A stretch of DNA of 64,000 nucleotides from an uncultured Clostridia bacterium (GCA_948676835.1 CAPOZU010000001.1:193250-257249); one strand, 5' to 3'. Counted from the stretch's first letter, positions 47,876 to 58,225 are shown. Translations and numbers: made by a program. The notes: generated by a model from the sequence alone, not told the origin.

Positions 47876-49765
47876 TTAATTAGACAATTCTACATTTTTA
47901 AACAACTCTTCAATCTCGTTATTTGACAACATACCTTTCTGAACAAGAGCCTCTGCCAGCGCATCCAAATATGCCTTCTTCTCCTTCAGAAGCTTTTCTG
48001 TGTACTCACGAGCTTCCTTCAGGATTTCATCCATATGAGTATTGATATCAGAAATCATTTTCTGGCTGAACATTCCCTGGTCATCTTTGATAAACACACG
48101 ATCCTGAGACATATCCTCAACCAGACCATACTGTGTTACCATAGCCCTTGCAACCACAGTTGCTTTATTCAAATCAGAAACTGCACCAGCAGTTAATGTT
48201 TTGGAATACATTCTTTCAGCAATTCTGCCTGCAAGGAAACATCCAATCTTCTGGATATAGTAGTCTCTGTTTTTGGAAGCAGTCATATCTCGGTCGATTT
48301 CAAAGACATTCACTCCCAGATAATCTTCTGCCGGCATAATAGATACAGCAAGCAACACATATTCAACAAGTTCTTCAGAGAATTTATGAGCAATATAATG
48401 CCCTGCTTCGTGATATGCAGTAGCATACTTAGTTTTTTCGCTCATTTTATCAAATTTCTTTTGATTAACTTTGAAATTCTCCAAAATATCCTGCTGAGTA
48501 ACTTCTTTTCTGCCTTCAAGTTCAGCACAAACCATAGTTTTGTCCAGCAAATCCAGAGTTCTATCCGGATTTTTAGTTTCGAAATTGAAACAGGCTGCCT
48601 TGAAAATAACAGCATCTACAAGTTCCTTAGAAATGGTGGTATGATGAGCCTGCTCAAGCAGTTTAATCTGATTTTTAATCATATCATAAACTTCATCTGC
48701 CCTCGGCTCACGAACCTCAATAGGCTCAAATCTCCGTTTCAATGCAGAGTCCTTAGAAAAATACTTTTGATATTCATCTTCGGTAGTAGCACCAATTACA
48801 CGAGTTTCTCCTCTGGCCAGCATAGGTTTCAGCGCATTTGCTAAATCCAAATCACCTTCGCGGCATGCACCTGCACCAAGCAATAAATGGATTTCATCCA
48901 CAAACAAAATGCATCTGGGATTCTTTTCTAAGAATTCAATGAGCAGTCTAAATCGTTCTTCAGCAGTTCCTCTGTACTGAGTACCTGCTACAATAGCATT
49001 AACATCAAGACTCAAAACAATGCTATTCTTAAACTGCTCAGGGCAATTTCCTGTAACAATCATCCATGTGAATTTCTCAACCAATGCTGTTTTACCTACT
49101 CCGGCAAAGCCGATGAGTACAGCATTTCTCTTTGTTTTCTTCATCAGGATTCTTATAAGAGCTTTCGTCTCTTCATCCCGCCCGCAGATATGGCATTCTG
49201 TACTGTCTTTGGAATACTTGTCATTCAGAATAGTTAAAAAGCTGCTAAGTTCTCTTGGCACTTCAAAATAATCTTCCATAATATCCGCTCCTAACTGGTT
49301 GAGAGTATTCGGAATTCCAATAGTAGGAATATAAGTTTTCATGATGTGCATAAACTCTTCCGGATACAACTCTGAAAAAGCCTCTGTAATATGAGTAATT
49401 CCCATTGCTTCAGATCCATATTCCTTTTCAGCAATTTCCATTGCCTTATCCAGGATTTTTAGAATCTCGTTATCAACCATAAGCATATCTGGATTGTCAG
49501 GGTCTTCTGTTGCAATCTGGAAAGGAACTGCATAATACTCTTTTTGCCCCATAATCATCTCATTGAAAAGCATTGTCCGCTTTTGCTCAATTTCCTTTTC
49601 ATCTACTCCTTTAGAAATGAAGTATTTGTAAACAGGTGTACTGGGAAAACCACAAAGAACTGTAAAAAGTGTTTCTTTGGGCAAAAGAGGTAATCCAATT
49701 CTTGCTGCAACCTCCCAAGCAGAATAGATTGCAAAAATTGCTGTTCCATCAAAATTGTATGACAT
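47876..49765 (-). CDS. Clp N-domain + ClpA/B-type D1 AAA+ module + FtsH-like M41 zinc-metalloprotease fusion (no TM, no D2)
   Basis: Two Clp_N-like repeats. GFAGVGKTALVE...ILFVDEIHLLLGAG...GATTEDEY...LKRRF matches ClpA/B D1. C-terminal YHEAGHYIAH HEXXH as in FtsH peptidase. About 40% GC. Confidence 0.75.
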   Translation of the reverse strand: MSYNFDGTAIFAIYSAWEVAARIGLPLLPKETLFTVLCGFPSTPVYKYFISKGVDEKEIEQKRTMLFNEMIMGQKEYYAVPFQIATEDPDNPDMLMVDNEILKILDKAMEIAEKEYGSEAMGITHITEAFSELYPEEFMHIMKTYIPTIGIPNTLNQLGADIMEDYFEVPRELSSFLTILNDKYSKDSTECHICGRDEETKALIRILMKKTKRNAVLIGFAGVGKTALVEKFTWMIVTGNCPEQFKNSIVLSLDVNAIVAGTQYRGTAEERFRLLIEFLEKNPRCILFVDEIHLLLGAGACREGDLDLANALKPMLARGETRVIGATTEDEYQKYFSKDSALKRRFEPIEVREPRADEVYDMIKNQIKLLEQAHHTTISKELVDAVIFKAACFNFETKNPDRTLDLLDKTMVCAELEGRKEVTQQDILENFKVNQKKFDKMSEKTKYATAYHEAGHYIAHKFSEELVEYVLLAVSIMPAEDYLGVNVFEIDRDMTASKNRDYYIQKIGCFLAGRIAERMYSKTLTAGAVSDLNKATVVARAMVTQYGLVEDMSQDRVFIKDDQGMFSQKMISDINTHMDEILKEAREYTEKLLKEKKAYLDALAEALVQKGMLSNNEIEELFKNVELSN

Positions 49766-49907
49766 AATGCTACCTCCTTGTGTTGTAAAAACAGTATTTA
49801 GTTACAAAAATTTGTATTGTCTTTTTAAACGTCACCTCCTATGGTGTTTATGTAAACATAAACATATAATATGTGTATTTTATAAGGGTTTTCCCCATTT
49901 GTCAACA

Positions 49908-49940
49908 AAAAAAGATAAAAACTATAAAATTTTTATCTTT
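49908..49940 (-). terminator. terminator after the NUDIX gene
   Basis: AAAAAGATAAAAA ctat AAAATTTTTATCTTTTTT hairpin. Confidence 0.6.
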
Positions 49941-49945
49941 TTTTA

Positions 49946-50404
49946 CTAATTATTCTCATAATATTTTTTTATTCTATTCCAATATCTTCTCATGAAATCT
50001 GGCATATTATCTGGCTCATTATCAAAAGCAAACCATTCGAAGCCTAATGATTCATCATCATTTATTTTTAAATTACCATGATATCCTGTAACTTCATATA
50101 CAGCAGTAACATCATAAACCTTATCTCCATTTGGATATTCTCTATAAGTTTCTTCTCCAGATACTATATCTATTAATTTTAATGTATCTAAAATCAATCC
50201 TGTTTCTTCTTCTAACTCTCTTTTTGCAGTATCTTCTAGACTTTCACCTAATTCAAGTCCTCCACCAGGAAATCCCCATTGTTTATAATCAGACCTAAGC
50301 TGCATTAAAATTTCTTTTTTTTCATTAAATACAACTAATATTGTTCCTGACGTTAAAATTGGGTCATGTCCTATAAATTTTCTTAGTTTTTGATAATAAT
50401 TCAT
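49946..50404 (-). CDS. NUDIX hydrolase
   Basis: Nudix box GGGLELGESLEDTAKRELEEETG. Confidence 0.75.
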   Translation of the reverse strand: MNYYQKLRKFIGHDPILTSGTILVVFNEKKEILMQLRSDYKQWGFPGGGLELGESLEDTAKRELEEETGLILDTLKLIDIVSGEETYREYPNGDKVYDVTAVYEVTGYHGNLKINDDESLGFEWFAFDNEPDNMPDFMRRYWNRIKKYYENN

Positions 50405-50606
50405 TTTTTACCTCAATAATAGTATATTATAGTTAAAATGACTCTTCTTCAGAGCCATTTTAACTATTTTAATTTTGGGGAATCTTGCAAAATATTTAAC
50501 TATTTTTGCAAGCGTTAAGGTATTTTTTTATATCTTAACATATAAATATTATCATTTTTCATAATAAATATCAACATTATTTTTAAAAGTATTCTTTAAG
50601 ATTTTC

Positions 50607-51332
50607 TTAAACTAAAATGCTATACTTATTATTTAACAGTTTTCTTCTATCCTTCCAATTTGAAATAAACATTTCAACTAAATTATAAAAACTTTTACTA
50701 TGATCTTGATACTTAAAATGTGCCAATTCATGTACAACAACATATTCAATACACTCAATTGGAGTTTTTATTAAACTTAAATTAAATGTAATTTTATTTT
50801 TTTGTGGAGTGCAACTTCCCCACCTAGTTTTCAACTTTTTTATCTCAATCTGTGGAAATCTCTTTACGTATTTTTCCATTTCTTTTTGATATTTGATAAC
50901 TAATTCTTCAAATACCTTATATGAAATCTCTTTTAAACACCTATCATATTGCTTATTAATATAATTTATATTATTTATGTACTTTTCTTTAATATATAAT
51001 TTTATAGTTTTTTCTTCTATTTTCATATTATTTTTTTTACTAGGAATTATATTTAATATATATATATTACCTAAAAAGTATACTTTACCATTATTTTGAA
51101 CATTCTCATCTTCTTTTTCTCTAGAATACTCTCTTAATTTTTTCTGTTGTGTTAAAATCCAATTATACTTTTGTATTAAAAATTTCTCTGCCTCTTCTGT
51201 TTTCATTTTTAATGGACAGGATAAATAAATATTAGAATCTTTCTTTATTCTAATATTTACATTTTTCATTTTCTTTTTAGTTAAATAATAATCAACTCTA
51301 TTTTCACCTATTATAATATATCTTTTTTCCAT
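50607..51332 (-). CDS. YgjP-like (DUF45/M48-family) metal-dependent hydrolase
   Basis: C-terminal VVHELAHF HEXXH and a WLM-like layout. Confidence 0.55.
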   Translation of the reverse strand: MEKRYIIIGENRVDYYLTKKKMKNVNIRIKKDSNIYLSCPLKMKTEEAEKFLIQKYNWILTQQKKLREYSREKEDENVQNNGKVYFLGNIYILNIIPSKKNNMKIEEKTIKLYIKEKYINNINYINKQYDRCLKEISYKVFEELVIKYQKEMEKYVKRFPQIEIKKLKTRWGSCTPQKNKITFNLSLIKTPIECIEYVVVHELAHFKYQDHSKSFYNLVEMFISNWKDRRKLLNNKYSILV

Positions 51333-51641
51333 TTTTCTCCTTAAACTATGTATGATTTTATCACATTTGTATCATATTATCACTAAAAAGTTATAGTTTT
51401 CTTACAATTTCAATACATTTTCATTTGTATTATTGACTTTATTAAACAAGTTTGGTAAAGTATTGCCATGTAAGATGAATAATCTATTATTAAAACTAAT
51501 TACAATATCAAAAAAGTGACTACAAATGTTTCTATAATATTAAATTTTGTTTACTTTTCTTGACTTTATTGGAATTTTTTGATAGATTAGTTTCAATACA
51601 AAAGAGATAATAATAAAAGAAATTTAAGGAGGGAATTTGTT

Positions 51642-51917
51642 ATGAACAAAGCTGAATTAGTAGCAGCTATCGCTGAAAAAACAAACGTAACAAAAAAAGC
51701 AGCTGAAGAATCATTAGATGCTTTAGTAGAAGTAATGTCAGAAGAACTAAAGAAAGGTGGAAAAGTTCAATTAGTTGGATTTGGTTCACTAGAAGTTAGA
51801 AAAAGAGCAGCTAGAAAAGGTAGAAATCCACAAACTGGAGAAGAAATCAAAATACCTGCTTCAAAAGCTCCTGCTTTCAAACCAGGAAAAGCTTTAAAAG
51901 ATGCTGTTAATAACTAG
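51642..51917 (+). CDS. hup: HU family DNA-binding protein
   Basis: [14 protein letters not shown]...[23 protein letters not shown], canonical HU. Confidence 0.9.
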   Translation: MNKAELVAAIAEKTNVTKKAAEESLDALVEVMSEELKKGGKVQLVGFGSLEVRKRAARKGRNPQTGEEIKIPASKAPAFKPGKALKDAVNN

Positions 51918-51958
51918 TATAAAATAAATGAAAGACCTAATTACTTAGGTCTTTTTTC

Positions 51959-54280
51959 TTATCTAGAAACTATATTATATTTTCCTTTTTCTAAATAAAC
52001 ATATACATACTTATCATCTTTCTTTTCAAATTTTGATATTTTATTTTTCTTAAAATCTCCATTTTTGTATACTGTTTTGTGATTAATTACAATTTCACAA
52101 TTATCTGATAATTTTTCAATTGCCACTAATGTTTTTTCTGGAACATCAATTTTTAAATTTAAATTCCCATCAATTTTTTCAGCCTGCATTTCAATTATTC
52201 CTCTAACAGTATTTACCTTTGAATTTAATTTACTTAAATTTCCAAAATCAGGTTTAATTAGTATTTCCGAATATCCAGGTTCTAGAGGTTTTATTCCTGC
52301 AAAGTATTTCGACATTATAATTAATGGGCCACCAGTCCAAGCATGATTTTTACTTCCAGAACTATTAAACCAATATTCCCAAAGAGTTGTACTATAATCT
52401 TGATTTTTAATCATATCACTATATCTTGTTTTAATTCTATTTTGGACTTTTTCAATTTCTCCTATTTCAGACATAGCTTCTAAAATATATTTTTCCATAA
52501 ATGTTGAATTATTATAACTGTTTTCTATTATACTTAATAGAGATTCGTATTTTTCTTCATCAGCTATTCCAGATAAAACGGCAATTGCGTTTACTCTTAC
52601 ATCATATCCTTCATATTCAGCTGTTTTATATCCTTCTCCATCCCAAAAATTATTATTAATTGTTTTATTCATTTTATTTAGTTGTGATTTATATTTTATT
52701 ACATCTTCTCTATGCCCTAAAACTCTTGCCATTTCTTGAGTATTTTTTAATGCATAATAATACCATAAATTTTCTAATATTACAGAATCAGCTTCTCCTT
52801 GTGAATCATACCATTTCCATAAGTTTAAAAAATAATTTCCTCTTCCTACAACTAATCCATTTTCTTTCATTTCCCATAGATTTAAATATTGTACTACACT
52901 TGGATATACCATTTCTAAAAATGATTCATTTCCAGTGTATTGATAATATTCATACATTGAACATATTGATAATAGATTTTGAATTGGTAATTGCAAATTT
53001 GAAATTAAAGATGGAGATACTGTATAAAAAGTATCCTCTTTTCTCCAACCTATAAGAGTTTTTATAGATTTTTCATATAAAGCATTGGCTGATATATCTA
53101 ATCCATACATTGCTTCTTCCATTTCAACACTTGCATCTCCTACCCACATAGCTCTTTCTCTATCTGGACAATCCATGTATGTGTCTCTCATATTTACATA
53201 TAATGTTCTATTTGCCATTGTCCATAAAGTATTGAAATCTTCATCATCGCATTCAAATTTCCCACTCATTTGGGTATCATATCCAGTTTGTCTGTAACCT
53301 AAAGAAATTACTTCCACACCTTCTGGTATTGAATAATATATTTTATCTCCATTTATCCAACTAGGAGATTCATATTCTTGAGTTCCATCTTTAGTAATAT
53401 ATGTTACTTTTCCATACAATTCGTGATTATCAAAATCTTTGTTATTTGATATGATAATTTTTTGATTTGAATTTGCTTTTACTTTTAAGTAAGGAACTAG
53501 TTGCATATTATATGGTAATTTCATTTCTAGAATCTCATTATTTGATATTTCATTTTCATATTCTTGTATATCTGAATATTTAAAAAATGGTATATCTCTT
53601 TTAATTAATTCTCCCCATTTTGCTGAATCATAATCTCCACAAATAACAGCATTTTTCCATTCTGAGTCATCAAACTTAGTAGTATGCCAATTTTCTATAG
53701 CAAGATTTGAATCATAATATATATTAGATTCACTCAATCTTGCATTTTCAATTTCGTTATCTGCTAAATATGCTGGATTTTGAATTGTTTTCCAACTATC
53801 ATCACTAATAATTAAATTGTTACCAATTTGAGTTTGAAAAAGTAATGCTCCTTGTCCAGAATCTATATGAGAAAAACTGCTTTTTCCAAAATGCCACACT
53901 AATATTGAAATATTATTTTCTCCAACTTTTAAGTACTCATCTATATTTATTTGATCATAATATATAGAATTTCCTTTTTCTCCTCTCTTCAATTGCCCAT
54001 CTCTTACAACAATTTCGCCATTTATATATAACCAATATTTTGAATCTGCTGCTATTCTACAAACAACATCTTTTATATCATTTTTATTATCTATATTAAA
54101 ATTTTTTCTAAAACATACCCATTTATTACGAACTTCATTTTCTTCTATTTCATTCCAGATATACTTAGCATGCCAATCAAAATTATCTTCTACATCTATA
54201 TGTTCATTATTAGTTCTAAAAGCCAAAAATCCTAAGATGATTATTACTACAATAATCAACATAATAGCCTTTTTTCTCAT
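51959..54280 (-). CDS. alpha-L-rhamnosidase-like glycoside hydrolase (GH78 family), membrane-anchored
   Basis: DCPDRERAMWVGDA matches the GH78 DCPxRxERxGWxGD region. N-terminal TM anchor. Confidence 0.55.
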   Translation of the reverse strand: MRKKAIMLIIVVIIILGFLAFRTNNEHIDVEDNFDWHAKYIWNEIEENEVRNKWVCFRKNFNIDNKNDIKDVVCRIAADSKYWLYINGEIVVRDGQLKRGEKGNSIYYDQINIDEYLKVGENNISILVWHFGKSSFSHIDSGQGALLFQTQIGNNLIISDDSWKTIQNPAYLADNEIENARLSESNIYYDSNLAIENWHTTKFDDSEWKNAVICGDYDSAKWGELIKRDIPFFKYSDIQEYENEISNNEILEMKLPYNMQLVPYLKVKANSNQKIIISNNKDFDNHELYGKVTYITKDGTQEYESPSWINGDKIYYSIPEGVEVISLGYRQTGYDTQMSGKFECDDEDFNTLWTMANRTLYVNMRDTYMDCPDRERAMWVGDASVEMEEAMYGLDISANALYEKSIKTLIGWRKEDTFYTVSPSLISNLQLPIQNLLSICSMYEYYQYTGNESFLEMVYPSVVQYLNLWEMKENGLVVGRGNYFLNLWKWYDSQGEADSVILENLWYYYALKNTQEMARVLGHREDVIKYKSQLNKMNKTINNNFWDGEGYKTAEYEGYDVRVNAIAVLSGIADEEKYESLLSIIENSYNNSTFMEKYILEAMSEIGEIEKVQNRIKTRYSDMIKNQDYSTTLWEYWFNSSGSKNHAWTGGPLIIMSKYFAGIKPLEPGYSEILIKPDFGNLSKLNSKVNTVRGIIEMQAEKIDGNLNLKIDVPEKTLVAIEKLSDNCEIVINHKTVYKNGDFKKNKISKFEKKDDKYVYVYLEKGKYNIVSR

Positions 54281-54420
54281 CTTTTTCCCCTTTCATCTCC
54301 ATAGACTATCATATAGTGTGTCCACTTACAAGCGATAATATATATTATGTGAAAAAGATAAAAAAAAGAACAAAAAAGTATAGTAATAATAAGCTATAGC
54401 AGAAATCTATTTACATAACA

Positions 54421-56064
54421 TTATTCATTTGTTTCATCCTTCATTTTCATTTCAATAATTAGTTCTTCTTTTTTATTTGTTCGCAAATGTATTTTTATAT
54501 TTTCTGTTCTATCAAAATATGTATAATTAAACAATGCGTGATATCTAATTTTACCAGGTTCTATCATTTCAAATCCAGTTCCTTCTGAACCTACTTCATA
54601 AAATTTCTCTCCATTTTCATTTTCTATATATAATTCATTAAACGCTAACATATCAAACACATTCATTGTTTTCGGATTTCTATTTTGCATTTTTTCAAAA
54701 TCAATTTTCTTAGTATTTGTTATTAACTCTAATCTCATATTAGACATAGATAAACTAGCTTCTATTACTTCTGTTCTATTATCATTAATATTAACTACTT
54801 CATACTCTATTGTATTTCTTTTTTCATATATTTCTTCTAAGTCTACTTCAAATTCCCAATTACCTGTAATTGTTCTACACTGACTTTTAGGTGTATCTTC
54901 AAAACCATTTACTAAAGCAAATGCATAGGCTTTGCTATTTAAAAAATAGATTGTATCAAATTTAATATGTAATACTTTAGATTCAGGAAATTTTTTTGAT
55001 GATATTAGTTCAGAAACAAGAAATTTATTATTATTTTCACTGCTAAAAACTTTTCGTGTACTCCCTCCATTAGAACATCCTGTATAAAACTCTCCTTTTT
55101 CAAAATTATTGTCCTCACAAAAATCTATAAATTCTTGTACATGTTTATAATCTGCATGTAATATATTATTATTTTCATCCATAATTAATAAATTATCAAA
55201 TTCAATTTTTGATACATCTAATTTCTTTAAAAACTCATTATTCTCTACTAAAATATTGAATACAATAGATAAATTATAATCATCTAGCATAACTGAATCA
55301 ATTTTGGCTTTTATACCATTTGATAATACATATTTCATATCTATTTGAGCTTCATAGCTATTATCTATAGCTGTCGTAATTCCTTCATTATATGTACCAA
55401 AAATGTTTTGGGTTAAATTATGAACAATTAATCTAATTTCTTCAGCAAACGTAATTCCAGATAAAAATAATCCAACACAAAGTATTGTAATAAGTAGTTT
55501 AGATAATTTACTATTTTTATAAAATCCTTTTGCAACTAGATTTTTTCTTAACTCTTTTTTTCCTCTATGTACAAGATTTTTGGTATTTTGAATTGTTTCT
55601 CCTAAAATCTGTGATGTTTCCTTATATGATAATTCCTCGATTTGAGTTAAATATACTGCATTTTTATATTTATCCTCTAATTCATTTATTGCATCAATTA
55701 GTTCTTTTTTAGTTTCTTCACATGAAATAAATTCAGCTATATCTGACTCTACAGCTTCACCTTCATTTTTTATATATTTTTCTGTTATTTCTTCTCTTCT
55801 TTTCTCAGTTTCTATATAAGAAATTGCCCTACTTTTTGCAACAAAATATAAATAATTTTTAAAACTATAATTTTCTTTAGATTGATTTTGAAATACATAT
55901 ATAAAAACATCTTGGGTTATGTCCTCTGCTCTTTGATAATCTTTTACAATATTAAAAACAAAGAATTCTATTTTACTTTTGTATTTACTATATAATAAAT
56001 CGAAAATTTCTTTTTTGCCTTCGAAATATTCATTGTATAATTTGCTATCTAAATCTTTTCCCAT
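54421..56064 (-). CDS. fused ECF sigma factor / anti-sigma factor (sigma-70 r2 plus r4, TM, extracytoplasmic domain)
   Basis: Region 2 AEDITQDVFIYVF, region 4 LSYKETSQILGETIQNTKNLVHRGKKEL, then a TM (LLITILCVGLFLSGITFA) and a roughly 340-aa outside domain. Confidence 0.55.
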   Translation of the reverse strand: MGKDLDSKLYNEYFEGKKEIFDLLYSKYKSKIEFFVFNIVKDYQRAEDITQDVFIYVFQNQSKENYSFKNYLYFVAKSRAISYIETEKRREEITEKYIKNEGEAVESDIAEFISCEETKKELIDAINELEDKYKNAVYLTQIEELSYKETSQILGETIQNTKNLVHRGKKELRKNLVAKGFYKNSKLSKLLITILCVGLFLSGITFAEEIRLIVHNLTQNIFGTYNEGITTAIDNSYEAQIDMKYVLSNGIKAKIDSVMLDDYNLSIVFNILVENNEFLKKLDVSKIEFDNLLIMDENNNILHADYKHVQEFIDFCEDNNFEKGEFYTGCSNGGSTRKVFSSENNNKFLVSELISSKKFPESKVLHIKFDTIYFLNSKAYAFALVNGFEDTPKSQCRTITGNWEFEVDLEEIYEKRNTIEYEVVNINDNRTEVIEASLSMSNMRLELITNTKKIDFEKMQNRNPKTMNVFDMLAFNELYIENENGEKFYEVGSEGTGFEMIEPGKIRYHALFNYTYFDRTENIKIHLRTNKKEELIIEMKMKDETNE

Positions 56065-56172
56065 ATATTATCTCCTTCAATTATACATACCCATATGATA
56101 TTAAAAAGTTTCACATTTTTCAAATTTTATTTTTTATATACATAATGATATAATCAAATTGAGGTAATTAGT

Positions 56173-56409
56173 ATGGTAAAAGTAGAAATTGAAAATGGTT
56201 ATTATCTTTTCAAATTAGAGGATTTAATACAAATAAACAATTTGGGTATAAATAAACTTATTAGAGATACAAATATGGATTTTAAAGTTATAAAAAGACT
56301 GATGACTGGTGAATTAATAAGAATAGATCTCTTTGTCTTATCAAGATTATGTAATTATTTTAATTGTTCTATTAAAGATATAATTGAATATATACCTAGA
56401 AAAGAGTAG
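56173..56409 (+). CDS. small Cro/CI-type HTH regulator (paralog 2)
   Basis: 78 aa with GAGGTAATTAGT-ATG RBS. Divergent from the sigma/anti-sigma fusion gene. Confidence 0.65.
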   Translation: MVKVEIENGYYLFKLEDLIQINNLGINKLIRDTNMDFKVIKRLMTGELIRIDLFVLSRLCNYFNCSIKDIIEYIPRKE

Positions 56410-56736
56410 TATGAAACTAGAAGAAGCGATTAAAATAAGAATTAATTATTTTATGAAAAAAAATAATATCAATCTAAAAGACTTCTTTGATGACCCAATG
56501 TTTTTAGATGTAGAAGATATAGCAGAAGATTTGAAGAATTAAATATATATAATTTTAAAATTTTTTAAATATTGTTAAAAGCAAAAAAATAAACCGTACT
56601 TTGTACGGTTTATGGTGAACCAGAGCGTAAAAAATGTTGAAATATCTAGCTATATTTATCATTTGGGGTAGTCTTTGGGTAAGTATTTTGAGAGATGTTG
56701 TAAGATGTTGAAATGTTTTATAGTTTAATTCATTAC

Positions 56737-57189
56737 TTAAGTATTATATTTATCGAATATATTTTCGAGTATATCTATAGTTTTTCCTTTATCTGAAACA
56801 ATATCATAATATCTATTGTTGCCTACCTTATATAACGAATTATTATTTAATTCTATATTATTATCAGTTATATAAAAATATATTCGGTAGTATATATCTT
56901 TATGTACAAGAGGAATTTTTATTTTTTCTAATTCAATATAGTCTGAAATTTCTTGTAATTCTAGTAATTGGATTATTTCCTGTTTTTCTTGCTCATTTAT
57001 ATTTTTTAAGTTAACAGTATTATAACTAGTCTTACCTGAAAGAACCCAGATAGACCATATAGGCATTGTTATTATAATTAACATTGCTATTAAGACTAAA
57101 ACTATTGAAATTATTAGAAAAACATTTATTTTATTACTTTTACTTATTTTTTTTATGTCTTCATCTAATTTTTTTTCCCATTTATCCAT
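56737..57189 (-). CDS. membrane-anchored hypothetical protein
   Basis: 150 aa with one TM. Confidence 0.35.
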   Translation of the reverse strand: MDKWEKKLDEDIKKISKSNKINVFLIISIVLVLIAMLIIITMPIWSIWVLSGKTSYNTVNLKNINEQEKQEIIQLLELQEISDYIELEKIKIPLVHKDIYYRIYFYITDNNIELNNNSLYKVGNNRYYDIVSDKGKTIDILENIFDKYNT

Positions 57190-57296
57190 AGAATTTCCTC
57201 AAATTATAATTTATTATAAAAATATTTTAACATAAATTTTCTAATGATACAATAAATAGAAAAACTCGTATCTTAAAAGGTTACAAGTTTTTTTAT

Positions 57297-57839
57297 TTAA
57301 TTTTTAAAATTATAGTCATTATCAATTTTTGAAAAGATTTTTAAAAATTCTTTCTTTTCTGTTTCAGAAATATTATTTATAGATGAATGTACCAAAATTT
57401 CTCTTTTAATTAATTGATATTCTTCCTCTGTGTATAATTTTTCTTCAACAAATATTTTTAATCTTTCTAAAATTTCTATTTGTGTTTGATTTAAGTATTT
57501 TGAAAACTCAACAATTCTTTTACTACAATATTCCTCTGAATAAATTTTTATTTCTTTTTTTAAATCTGATAGTTCCATTCCTGTTAATAATCCAATATTA
57601 TAGATAAGTGCAAATTCATATGTTTTATGGTCTATCATATAATTGTTATACTTTTCAAAAGCATTCTGTAATTCTGTATTATTTGTTTTTGAACAAATTA
57701 TTTCATGTAAATCTGTAATACAATTTTCTTGTTTACAGTAATCTGTATTTTTCAATAATACAGATAAATTATTTTCTATAATATTAGACACTCTTTCTAA
57801 TTCCTCTTTTGAAAATATGTGTTCATTAATTTCTTGCAT
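57297..57839 (-). CDS. hypothetical protein driven by a Cro-switch promoter
   Basis: 180 aa with AAAGGAG RBS. Downstream of the minus-strand TTGACT-17-TATAAT promoter at 57874-57902. Confidence 0.4.
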   Translation of the reverse strand: MQEINEHIFSKEELERVSNIIENNLSVLLKNTDYCKQENCITDLHEIICSKTNNTELQNAFEKYNNYMIDHKTYEFALIYNIGLLTGMELSDLKKEIKIYSEEYCSKRIVEFSKYLNQTQIEILERLKIFVEEKLYTEEEYQLIKREILVHSSINNISETEKKEFLKIFSKIDNDYNFKN

Positions 57840-57873
57840 ATATAAACTCCTTTAAATTTAAAATAACTAAAAC

Positions 57874-57902
57874 ATTATACTGGCTATATAACCAATAGTC
57901 AA
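57874..57902 (-). promoter_or_regulatory. consensus promoter plus palindromic operator (TGGCTATATAACCA) of Cro-like switch 3
   Basis: The reverse complement reads TTGACT-attggttatatagccag-TATAAT. Confidence 0.65.
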
Positions 57903-57950
57903 GTAGCAAATGATAATTATATAATCAAATAAAAAATTGTGAGAATTGAT

Positions 57951-58187
57951 ATGATAAAATTAAAGATAGAAAATGGCTATTATCTTTTTAAATTGGAAAA
58001 TTTACTAAAAGAAAGAAAATTAAGCATTAATAAAGTTTTAGAAGATACAAACACAGATTTTAAAGTTTTAAAAAGAATAATGACAGGAGAATTAGTTAGA
58101 ATTGATATATTTGTAATAGCAAGATTATGTGATTATTTTAATTGTTCTATGAAAGATATAATTGAATATGTACCGAATAAGAAGTAA
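57951..58187 (+). CDS. small Cro/CI-type HTH regulator (paralog 3)
   Basis: Start refined to ATG 57951 (MIKLKIENGYYLFKL) to match paralogs. The ORF track starts at GTG 57939. Confidence 0.6.
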   Translation: MIKLKIENGYYLFKLENLLKERKLSINKVLEDTNTDFKVLKRIMTGELVRIDIFVIARLCDYFNCSMKDIIEYVPNKK

Positions 58188-58225
58188 TATAGTATAATAT
58201 TATTTCTTATTTTTTTATATAAATC

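Noticed and set aside
48148-49271. Plus-strand ORFs antisense to the AAA-protease gene
   Set aside because: Same GC-driven artefact. No RBS and no domain signatures.
56411-56545. 44-aa ORF overlapping the stop of Cro-like paralog 2 (MKLEEAIKIRINYFMKKNNINLKDFF...)
   Set aside because: Possibly a remnant of an XRE-type gene. Too short and without RBS to call.
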